In this document: in pieces, positions 56,312 to 64,000 of the stretch | Numbering within the stretch: the first letter of the stretch is position 1 | How the letters are laid out: the number at the start of each line of letters is the position of its first letter | Assembly: GCA_934277545.1 (NCBI GenBank) | Contig: CAKQUG010000002.1 | Coordinates: forward strand, 129,024-193,023 | Direction of reading: 5' to 3' | Length of the DNA: 64,000 nt | Source: an uncultured Alphaproteobacteria bacterium | GTDB lineage: Bacteria > Pseudomonadota > Alphaproteobacteria > RF32 > CAG-239 | The notes under the pieces: generated by a model | What the model saw: only the letters and a program-made list of their open reading frames with translations | What the model was told of the DNA's origin: nothing | Databases searched by the model: none | Program-made: the position numbers and the translations under genes

Positions 56312-57177
56312 ATGATTTAAGAAAAGAACTTGAACGTCAGTTCAAAGCGTTCGGTTTATCTGAGCCGGACAAAAAAACAATAGATGAAATTCCGGCGGAA
56401 GCTGATGAGAATGCTCAAAACGGGCTGATTGCCGCTCCTGCCGATTTTGAACCGGAATATGCGGCGGCGTTCAGCGAACTTTCGCCCAAGTGGCAGAATT
56501 ATTTAAACAAGCGAGAAGAAAAACTAAAAGCCGAGCGCAAGGAATTGTCGGCAAAAATCGGGCTTTTGGACAGCCTGAAAAATTTGGACGGTGCTTTTCA
56601 AAAACGTAAAACCGAAAACAACATACATAGCTTGCGCGAATGGCTGGAAGGTTTGGTTTATATTGACGAGCAAATGCACCGCCGTCCGGTGGAAACCTTA
56701 AACGCCATTGCTCAGGTGTTTAAGGTAAAGGCGCAGTTTACCGAAACTCCGCAAACCGAAATTTCTGACCGAATTTTAAAAAGACTGACGGAACTCGATT
56801 TGAGTTTTCACAGCCTCCGAGACTATTTGCAGCAAAGCGAACAGAAAAGTTTTTACAGTCAAATACAAGACTTCGGTCTGCAAAAAGATGAAACAGGACA
56901 TCTGCTTCATCCGTATTTTGACGCTGTTTACAAACAAATGCAGACTTTGTTGCAAAACGGACTGGCTTCAAGCATTGAAGACGCCTACAAGCAGGCGGTT
57001 TGGCTTAATGCCGATGTCCGTAAAGAGCTGATTGCCAAACAAATCAACTCTGACGCTGCCGAAGCGCAAAAGGCGCAGAAAGCGGCGTTTTCTCCGAAAG
57101 GAAAAGCAAAAGCGCCGGAAAGACCTCTGACTTTGAGGGAAGAAATTGAAAAAAATATGGCTGCTTTTTTGGATTAA
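56302..57177 (+). CDS. Putative scaffolding protein
   Basis: 291-aa charged, helical/coiled protein immediately upstream of the putative major capsid gene. Confidence 0.4.
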   Translation: MEMNDLRKELERQFKAFGLSEPDKKTIDEIPAEADENAQNGLIAAPADFEPEYAAAFSELSPKWQNYLNKREEKLKAERKELSAKIGLLDSLKNLDGAFQKRKTENNIHSLREWLEGLVYIDEQMHRRPVETLNAIAQVFKVKAQFTETPQTEISDRILKRLTELDLSFHSLRDYLQQSEQKSFYSQIQDFGLQKDETGHLLHPYFDAVYKQMQTLLQNGLASSIEDAYKQAVWLNADVRKELIAKQINSDAAEAQKAQKAAFSPKGKAKAPERPLTLREEIEKNMAAFLD

Positions 57178-57201
57178 CTTAAAATTTTAAAAGGATAAAA
57201 A

Positions 57202-58167
57202 ATGATAAATAAAGATTATAATGAAGTGTTTACCGTAACTTTGAACAACCGTTCAAAAGAAATGGCTGATAATATTTCTAAAAATAATGCGCTTTTAACC
57301 CGCTTAAAAGACAAGGGCAAAATGCGTCAGCTGACCGGCGGTGTAAAAATTTTGGAAGAACTGGAATACGGCGAGGGCGATATGGTATGGTATTCAGGTT
57401 ATGATACCATTAACTATACTCCTAAGCAACTGTTTACGGCTGCTGAATATGCACTAAAACTGTGTGCGGTACCGGTGGCTGTTTCCGGTGAAGAATTACT
57501 GATGAACAGCGGTCCGGAACAAGTTATGGATTTGTTTGAAAAACGTATTTCCAATGCTGAAAAAACTTTGAAAAATCAAATGTCAGTTGCTTTGTACAGC
57601 GATGGCACCGGTTCTTCGGGTAAGGAAATCGGCGGTTTGGCTTTGCTGGTTGCCGATGATCCGACTTCCGGCACGGTCGGAGGTATTGACCGTTCGGCTG
57701 CCGGAAGCGAATTTTGGCGCAACCAATCAGTTAGTGCGGATATTGATTCATCCAACATTCGCCAGATGATGAACAGCTTGTATCACAAATGCTGCCGCAA
57801 TTCTGACAAACCGGATTTGATTGTCTGCGATGACGCTTTGTATACTTTGTTTGATGAATCTTTGTCGGTTTTACAGCGTTTCTCTGACCCTAAAATGGCG
57901 GACGCCGGTTTTACCAGCCTCAAATTCAAGGGCGCCGATGTAATTTTTGACGGCGGCCAGGGCGGTCATTGTCCGGAAAAACACATGTACTTTTTGAACA
58001 CTAACTACATTTATCTGCGTACTCATAAAGATCGCAATATGAAAATTATCGGTGGCGACAGATTAGCGATAAATCAGGATGCGCTATATCGCATTATCGG
58101 TTGGGCCGGCAATATGACTATGTCTAACGCGGCGGTTCAAGGCGTGTTGATTAACACTAAAGAATAA
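57202..58167 (+). CDS. Putative major capsid protein
   Basis: 321 aa following the scaffold-like gene. Strong GGAT-rich RBS. No decisive motif. The assignment rests on size and position. Confidence 0.45.
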   Translation: MINKDYNEVFTVTLNNRSKEMADNISKNNALLTRLKDKGKMRQLTGGVKILEELEYGEGDMVWYSGYDTINYTPKQLFTAAEYALKLCAVPVAVSGEELLMNSGPEQVMDLFEKRISNAEKTLKNQMSVALYSDGTGSSGKEIGGLALLVADDPTSGTVGGIDRSAAGSEFWRNQSVSADIDSSNIRQMMNSLYHKCCRNSDKPDLIVCDDALYTLFDESLSVLQRFSDPKMADAGFTSLKFKGADVIFDGGQGGHCPEKHMYFLNTNYIYLRTHKDRNMKIIGGDRLAINQDALYRIIGWAGNMTMSNAAVQGVLINTKE

Positions 58168-58253
58168 TCGTTAAACCACAGAAAAGGAGTGAAATAAAAA
58201 AATCACTCCTTTTCAAATCGTTACAAAAATAAGATAAAGTAAAGGAATAGACT

Positions 58254-58838
58254 ATGGATATGGATTTTGCCTTGTTTCAACAGGTAATCGGCGCAAAAGA
58301 AACCGAAAAAAACGTGGCGGCGAGATTTTATGACAAAGCCGTTAAAACCAGTGAAGTGTCGGCTAACGGTTTGCCGATTTTTAAAAATGTTACATATATT
58401 GAAATCCGCTTGAAAGATAATAACACTGAAGTATTTAATCAGCCGGCGACAGCGGAAAAAATTCGGCGTTTTCCGCAGGAATACGCGTTGTATCAGCTTT
58501 CTAAAAAGCAAGCAGAAAACGGTACTCCGCTGGAACAGTTTGCCTTTTTGACTGCGGCGGAAATTGCCACTTGTAAAAGCCGTGGCGTGTTTACGGTGGA
58601 AACTTTAGCAGGTTTGGATTTTGATAAAGTGCAAAGCCTGGGCTTGCAGGATGAGCATGTTTTAGCGCAAATGTTTTTGGAAAAATCAGAAAATAACAAA
58701 ATGTTAGACGATTTTGCTAAAAAAGAGCTTGAATATGAAAGAGAAATTGAATCTTTGCGCGAACAGCTGGCAGCCATGCAAAGAGCGCTTAGTGAAGAGC
58801 GTAAAAAACATGCCGACGCCAAAGCAGGAGAAAAATAA
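58254..58838 (+). CDS. Hypothetical phage structural protein (194 aa; coiled-coil C-terminus)
   Basis: Downstream of the capsid gene. Coiled C-terminal segment (ELEYEREIESLREQLAAMQRAL). Confidence 0.35.
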   Translation: MDMDFALFQQVIGAKETEKNVAARFYDKAVKTSEVSANGLPIFKNVTYIEIRLKDNNTEVFNQPATAEKIRRFPQEYALYQLSKKQAENGTPLEQFAFLTAAEIATCKSRGVFTVETLAGLDFDKVQSLGLQDEHVLAQMFLEKSENNKMLDDFAKKELEYEREIESLREQLAAMQRALSEERKKHADAKAGEK

Positions 58839-59560
58839 TGAAGACAATTTTGGAAATTTGCCGCGAGGTTGCGGATTTGGCAGCGACCAAGCGCCCGAAT
58901 GATTTATTTGATGCCAACAGCCAGCAGGAAAGTATTTTTTTGAGCGTGGCAAAATCGGCTCTCGACAGTCTGCTGCGTTACGGCGATTGGCAGGAGCTGA
59001 CAAAAGAAGGATGTCTGCGCACGGTTGAGGGACGTACTCAATATCCTATTTCCGAGTTTTTGCCGGATTTTTTTTGTCTTCTGAACAATACGATTTTTAT
59101 TAAAGACGGCAAAGAACGCATAATCGGCGCCATTACGCCGGAACAATGGATGCGGGAAAAATATTTTTCCAGTCCGAGCAATGAATTGAAATTTAAAATT
59201 CAAAACGGACGTTTTGTGTTTTTAACTCCTCCGGCCGGTGGTTTACGGATTGTTTTTCAATATCGCTCCAACGGAATTGTTTGGGATTTTGATACATTTG
59301 AAGAAAAAAGTTCGCTCACCGCCAATACTGATGTTCCGGTTTTTGACGAATATCTGGTTAAGCTGAATATTTTATGGCGGTGGCTGAAACGCAGCGGATT
59401 GGACTATGGCGAAGAATATGATGAATTTCAGCGCGAATTGAAAAAGCGTTTTGGTTCCGAACACGCCGCTGCCAACATAAATTTGACAAAGTCGGATAAC
59501 GGTTTGAGCGAAACAGGAGTAATAATCAATGAAGTTAAAATTAGCAGTACGGGGCAATAA
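58838..59560 (+). CDS. Hypothetical phage structural protein (240 aa)
   Basis: Translationally coupled (ATGA overlap) with the upstream gene. Confidence 0.35.
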   Translation: MKTILEICREVADLAATKRPNDLFDANSQQESIFLSVAKSALDSLLRYGDWQELTKEGCLRTVEGRTQYPISEFLPDFFCLLNNTIFIKDGKERIIGAITPEQWMREKYFSSPSNELKFKIQNGRFVFLTPPAGGLRIVFQYRSNGIVWDFDTFEEKSSLTANTDVPVFDEYLVKLNILWRWLKRSGLDYGEEYDEFQRELKKRFGSEHAAANINLTKSDNGLSETGVIINEVKISSTGQ

Positions 59561-61088
59561 GTCGGTAAGCTATACTTTGCCGGCACCGATAAAAGGTTTG
59601 AATGTGCGCGACGGTTGGGCGAATATGGACGCAGGTTACGCCATTGTGATGGATAACTATATGCCGCTGGACACTAAAGTGGCGCTGCGTAAAGGTTATG
59701 TTGAATATGTAGGGTTGCCGGAAAAAGTATGTACGCTGACCGAATATAAAGTCGGCGGCAACAATTATTTTATAGCTGTTTCCGGCGGCGCTGCCTATAA
59801 CATCAGCTCGCGCAAAAATATTTACGTCTATGAAAATGTTAAGTTTACAAACAGTTATTGCCGTACTCAGCAATACAAAAACTATTTGTATTTTGTGAAC
59901 GGTAGCGATACCCCGAAAGTTTATTACCGCGGTGAAGATGGAACCGAGCATTTTGAAGATTGGGGCTTTACGGCCGAAAATTTGAATGCCACCCGTATTG
60001 CCGGTGTCGGACTTTCCAAGCAGCGCTTGTGGTTTATCGAAAGCGGCACTCTTAAAGTCTGGTATCCCGAAACCGCCGGCAATATTGCCGGAAAGCTGAA
60101 TTATTTTGATTTAGCGCAGGTTGCGCGTTTCGGCGGCGAACTGGTGGCGGTTGCCAACTGGACGCAGGACGGCGGGCAGGGAATTGACGATTTGACGGTG
60201 TTTATCACTTCAGAAGGCGAAGCGCTGGTTTATGTGGGGTCGGATATTAACAATGCCGATAGCTGGCAGCTGCGCGGTTCCTATAAAATCAGTCGTCCGA
60301 TTGGATATGATTGCCTGGTGCCGTATCAAGGCGATGTGGTGATAATTTCCGAAGATGGCTATATTCCGCTGTCCAAAGCCTTGCCGCTGGAACAGGCCAA
60401 CGCTTCGCAAATTGCGTTCAGCGATGCCATCCGTGGGTTGGTGTTATCGCGGACTGCGCATAATTTGAAACGTTATGGCTGGCAGGGTGTAATTTACAGC
60501 CGCGGCGGTTATGGATTGTTTAATGTTCCGGTATCTAATCAATACGAACAGCATGTTATCAATTTAAATACCGGGGCTTGGTGCCGTTTTACCGGCATCC
60601 GCGCGCATTGTTGGGGGTTATATAATCAGCGGCTTTATTTCGGTTCGGACCGAGGTGTTTATTTGTTTGATGAAAGCTATGCGGATAACGGCACCGAAAT
60701 CAGCGGCTGCGTGGAGCAGGCGTATAATGATTTAGGCAGTAACAGTGTTAAAAAAATTCAGCTGCTTAATCCCCGCACCAAATCAAGCACCGGGTATTCA
60801 TTGGTTATTTATACCAATATGGATATGGAAAGCCGTAAAATTGACTATCAGGAAAACTTATCGTCTTCCGGCTTGCACAAGTGGAATGAAACCAAATGGT
60901 CGAGTTCGTTTAATCCGCTTGGTATCAAGTGGGGAGCTGCCGACAGCACTTCAATCCGCAGTCAGTGGATAGCCAATTCTGCCACCGGCTACAAAGCCGG
61001 CATAGTGTTTAAAACCAAAACCAAAGGCAATTTGATAGAATGGTTTGAAACCGGTATTCGCTATGAAGTAGGGAGCGGCGTGCTATGA
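59529..61088 (+). CDS. Phage structural protein (519 aa; beta-rich, possible tail tubular/nozzle or receptor-binding protein)
   Basis: Large protein rich in Gly/aromatic residues, in the late block. No motif recognised. Confidence 0.35.
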   Translation: MKLKLAVRGNKSVSYTLPAPIKGLNVRDGWANMDAGYAIVMDNYMPLDTKVALRKGYVEYVGLPEKVCTLTEYKVGGNNYFIAVSGGAAYNISSRKNIYVYENVKFTNSYCRTQQYKNYLYFVNGSDTPKVYYRGEDGTEHFEDWGFTAENLNATRIAGVGLSKQRLWFIESGTLKVWYPETAGNIAGKLNYFDLAQVARFGGELVAVANWTQDGGQGIDDLTVFITSEGEALVYVGSDINNADSWQLRGSYKISRPIGYDCLVPYQGDVVIISEDGYIPLSKALPLEQANASQIAFSDAIRGLVLSRTAHNLKRYGWQGVIYSRGGYGLFNVPVSNQYEQHVINLNTGAWCRFTGIRAHCWGLYNQRLYFGSDRGVYLFDESYADNGTEISGCVEQAYNDLGSNSVKKIQLLNPRTKSSTGYSLVIYTNMDMESRKIDYQENLSSSGLHKWNETKWSSSFNPLGIKWGAADSTSIRSQWIANSATGYKAGIVFKTKTKGNLIEWFETGIRYEVGSGVL

Positions 61089-61528
61089 ATGATGAATATG
61101 AAATTCTGCCCGATAAAAACAATATTATCGCCAAATGGGTTTGCAAGGGTTTAGGCGAGGGCACTGATTGGCTTGACCAGTATATAACTTATGGTTTTGC
61201 CCAAGGCGGAAAAATGCTCGGCGGCTTAATTTTTCACAGCTATCGTCCTAACACCGAAGTTTGGTGGACAGTATACACCGTTGACAAACGTTGGTGTAAC
61301 CGCCGCATGTTAAAAGTTATGTTTGACATCGCTTTTAACAAATTAAAATGCCGGCGCATATCGCTTTTAGTCAGCAAAAGTAATGTCGCCGGCATAAATT
61401 TTGTAAAGAAACTTGGATTTCAGCAAGAAGGAATGTTCAGAGTCTATCGTGAAAACGGGGAAGATTGTTACATTTTCGGTATGCTGAAAAACGAATGTAA
61501 ATGGATTAAAAATGGAGAAAATAAATGA
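61085..61528 (+). CDS. GNAT-family N-acetyltransferase
   Basis: Acetyl-CoA binding pattern (RRISLLVSKSNVAGINFVKKLGFQQEG). It has 4-nt overlaps with both neighbouring genes. Confidence 0.55.
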   Translation: MNDEYEILPDKNNIIAKWVCKGLGEGTDWLDQYITYGFAQGGKMLGGLIFHSYRPNTEVWWTVYTVDKRWCNRRMLKVMFDIAFNKLKCRRISLLVSKSNVAGINFVKKLGFQQEGMFRVYRENGEDCYIFGMLKNECKWIKNGENK

Positions 61529-62190
61529 GTAAATCAATTGGCAAAGTTTTTGCAAATTCTTCAACCGATAAATACGGTTATGAAAAGAACTATTTGAATT
61601 ATTTAGGTAATTACGATACTTCAAATTATGACAATACATTGAAAAATATGACAGGTCAGGCTTTTGACATGAGTAAAAATTTGAGCAGGATGCCGGAATA
61701 TCAGTTTTCGATAAACGGCTCGGATGACGCTCGTCAGCGCATGGAAAACGCCGTATATCAATCGGCAGTGGACAAACTTAATCCGCAATATCAGCAGCAG
61801 CGCGCCGATTTGGAAACAAGTTTGGCCAACAAAGGTATCAGCGTTGGCAGCGAGGCTTATCAGCGTGCGATGAACAACTTGCAGCAAAAACAGAATGAGG
61901 CGCTTAATCAGGCGGCTTATCAAAGTATTGCGGCCGGGCAGGGTGCTTATAGCCAAAGTTTGAACGATAGTATCAATAGCGCAAATTTCAATAATAATTC
62001 GCAGTTGAACTACATTCAGCAAATTAAAGCGCTGTTGGAAGGCTCTGTTTCAGGTTATCAGAATCAGGCAAATTTGTATAATGTTAACAAAAATGTCGAG
62101 AATCGCCAGACCTCGGCTCGCCAAAGCGGGTGGAATAATATGTTTAAAACTGCAGAAATCACCGAAAAACTTGCTGATACATTTAAATAG
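61525..62190 (+). CDS. Hypothetical Gln/Asn-rich phage protein (221 aa)
   Basis: Low-complexity Q/N/S-rich sequence. It is the last gene of the phage block before a stem-loop. Confidence 0.35.
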   Translation: MSKSIGKVFANSSTDKYGYEKNYLNYLGNYDTSNYDNTLKNMTGQAFDMSKNLSRMPEYQFSINGSDDARQRMENAVYQSAVDKLNPQYQQQRADLETSLANKGISVGSEAYQRAMNNLQQKQNEALNQAAYQSIAAGQGAYSQSLNDSINSANFNNNSQLNYIQQIKALLEGSVSGYQNQANLYNVNKNVENRQTSARQSGWNNMFKTAEITEKLADTFK

Positions 62191-62426
62191 CTTGTCAATG
62201 TCGGCTGTAAAAACCTAAATAATATAAAAAACTCGGAAGTAGTTTTTTTTAATGAAACTCCATCGGCTTATGCCGGTGGAGTTTCATGGTGTTGATGAAG
62301 AGGGTGGTTCATATTTTAAAAGCTATTTAACAAAGCAGTTTGCAGATAATTTCTTATCCTTTTTTGATAATCACAAAACTTTTGTTTTTGCAACTCCTTA
62401 AAAACATACATACAAAACTTTAATCA

Positions 62427-64000
62427 TCACGCTTCCATAATATTGTCTGTCCAAAGCTCGCATTGTGTCATAACAGTTTGTACGGCGTCTTCAACACCTT
62501 CAGGTGGATATTTGTGCTTTTTAAGTAATCTTTTTATAAGCATACGCATTTTGGCTCGAGCCGTTTCTTTTTTCTGCCAATCTATCGTTTTATTTTTACG
62601 CAAAGTTTCGGTAAGTTCTTTTGTTATAGCAATCAATTCGTCATTTTCATAAAAATCCTTAACAGCTTGCGGACGCGTCAAGGCATCATAAAAAGCCGCT
62701 TCTTCGGCATTAAGACCTAAATCTTCGCCTTCTTTTTGTGCCGAGGCGATTTGTTTTGCCAGATTAAGCAGCTCTTCGATAACTTGCTCATTAGTCAACA
62801 TACCGTTCAAATAGCGATTCATAGACTCTTGTATCATTTCGCTGAACTTTTCCGAACGCACAACATTGGTATGGCGATAAATAGAAATCTGCTCAGCTAT
62901 CAGCTTTTTTAATAATTCTACGGCTAAGTTTTTCTCTTTCATTTTGGATATTTCTTCCAAAAACTTTGGATCAAACAGCGAAAATTCTTCTTTTATATCC
63001 GAAAACAGGTTGATAACGCCATCGCTCTTTATGCTCTGTTCCAACAGTTCGTTAATGCGCTTATTCATTTCCGGCAATGATATTTTTTTACCGCCTCCGC
63101 TTTCGGTTAAACGCAAAATCATAATTCTGACAGCCTCTAAAAATGCCGCCTCAATACGTGAGTTTTCTTCAACAATAGATGAGCAAAGCGATAGCGCCTG
63201 ATGTAACATAAGAGCTTGCTTAATAAAGGCATCTTTTTCTTTATTTTTCTCTCTAGCAATGATAAAGTTTGTGGCACCGCTTATCAATCTTGCTCTGACT
63301 AAATTTGAACCGGTAGCAAATTCGCTATAATCAAAATCACGTAATAAATCGCGGCATACCTGCAATTTTTCCCTGAATTTATTATATGCTGTGCTGGCAA
63401 TGTCCATATTGCCGTAGTTCTTTCTATCGCGGATAGTATAATCATTCATAGCCTTTTTCAAAGCGCTGGCAATACCGATATAATCAACCACCAAACCGCC
63501 TTCTTTATCTTCAAACACGCGATTAACCCGCGCAATCGCTTGCATCAGGTTATGCCCTTCCATCGGCTTATAAACATACATTGTCGCCAATGACGGCACA
63601 TCAAAACCGGTTAGCCACATATCAACGACAATGGCAATTTTCAGCGGATCGTTATTATCCTTAAATTTGCGCGCCAATTCTTCTTTATGCGATTTATTGC
63701 CAATAATGGCACGCCAGTCTTCGGGGTCATTATTGCTTGAAGTCATAACCACGGCAATTTTATCTTGCCAGTTTGGACGCAATTCCAAAATACGATGATA
63801 AATTTTCAGGGCAATCGGACGAGAATAGGCCACAATCATGGCTTTACCGGTCAATAAATTTTCGCGATAGTTCTCGTAGTGGTCCAAAATATCGCAGACA
63901 AGTGAATTGATAGTGTCATCATCACTCAAAATAGTTTCCATTTGCCCAAGCTGTTTTTTGCTTTTTTCTATAACTTCTGGCTCGGCATTTTGCGCCATTA
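62427..64000 (-). CDS. hsdR: Type I restriction enzyme R subunit, C-terminal portion (5' end lies beyond the window)
   Basis: Helicase C-terminal motifs (WLTGFDVPSLATMYVYKPMEGHNLMQAIARVNRV) and the HsdR C-terminal helical domain. The open frame continues off the window end. Confidence 0.75.
   Translation of the reverse strand, partial: MAQNAEPEVIEKSKKQLGQMETILSDDDTINSLVCDILDHYENYRENLLTGKAMIVAYSRPIALKIYHRILELRPNWQDKIAVVMTSSNNDPEDWRAIIGNKSHKEELARKFKDNNDPLKIAIVVDMWLTGFDVPSLATMYVYKPMEGHNLMQAIARVNRVFEDKEGGLVVDYIGIASALKKAMNDYTIRDRKNYGNMDIASTAYNKFREKLQVCRDLLRDFDYSEFATGSNLVRARLISGATNFIIAREKNKEKDAFIKQALMLHQALSLCSSIVEENSRIEAAFLEAVRIMILRLTESGGGKKISLPEMNKRINELLEQSIKSDGVINLFSDIKEEFSLFDPKFLEEISKMKEKNLAVELLKKLIAEQISIYRHTNVVRSEKFSEMIQESMNRYLNGMLTNEQVIEELLNLAKQIASAQKEGEDLGLNAEEAAFYDALTRPQAVKDFYENDELIAITKELTETLRKNKTIDWQKKETARAKMRMLIKRLLKKHKYPPEGVEDAVQTVMTQCELWTDNIMEA

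Larger units (their letters stand above)
45995..62190. mobile_element. Prophage-like element (podovirus-like gene set; no integrase, replication or tape-measure genes detected), inserted between priA and hsdR
   Basis: Contiguous block of a cI-like repressor, an early gene, portal, tail fibres, Tfa, holin/endolysin, terminase, scaffold and capsid, plus a low-GC moron. It is flanked by core priA on the left and a type I RM gene on the right. Confidence 0.7.

Overview
This 64 kb window comes from a bacterial chromosome of about 40% GC. The housekeeping proteins (SSB ending in DDDIPF, RNase E, ClpP/ClpX, DnaK/DnaJ, Aas) look alphaproteobacterial, possibly Rickettsiales- or Holosporales-like; this is inference from protein sequence only. 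From 1 to about 45.9 kb the window is mostly core genes: an M48 peptidase, rne with a long 5' leader, amiC, mrcA, prfB with its canonical programmed +1 frameshift site, an AsmA-like giant protein, nagB, slyX, a 719-aa MORN-repeat protein with two membrane-anchored TPR proteins, a Lon-like AAA+ protease, clpP, clpX, a FadL-type porin, aas, ssb, mnmA, tRNA-Ala(GGC), xseA, an M23 peptidase, uppP, dnaK, dnaJ, a sensor kinase, mutS, a MazG-like protein and priA. Two accessory regions stand out. The first is a roughly 2.2 kb islet next to tRNA-Ala carrying a serine recombinase, an XRE regulator and an orphan type IV pilin-like gene. The second is a roughly 16 kb prophage-like element (about 46.0-62.2 kb). 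It has a cI-like repressor co-transcribed with a small membrane protein, a divergent early gene followed by a promoter-terminator arrangement that suggests Q-type antitermination, and a GroES-like gene. It also has portal, tail-collar fibre, coiled-coil fibre, Tfa, holin and SleB endolysin, terminase, scaffold and capsid genes. No integrase, replication or tail-tube/tape-measure genes were found. Inside the prophage is a sharply low-GC moron encoding a Tlde1/YkuD-like L,D-transpeptidase-fold protein followed by two polytopic membrane proteins and a small Cys-rich exported protein; this is a candidate toxin/immunity or cell-wall-editing cassette. The GC drop begins in the middle of the first gene of the cassette. 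The prophage abuts the 3' part of a type I restriction hsdR gene that runs off the window. No rRNA or CRISPR arrays were seen.
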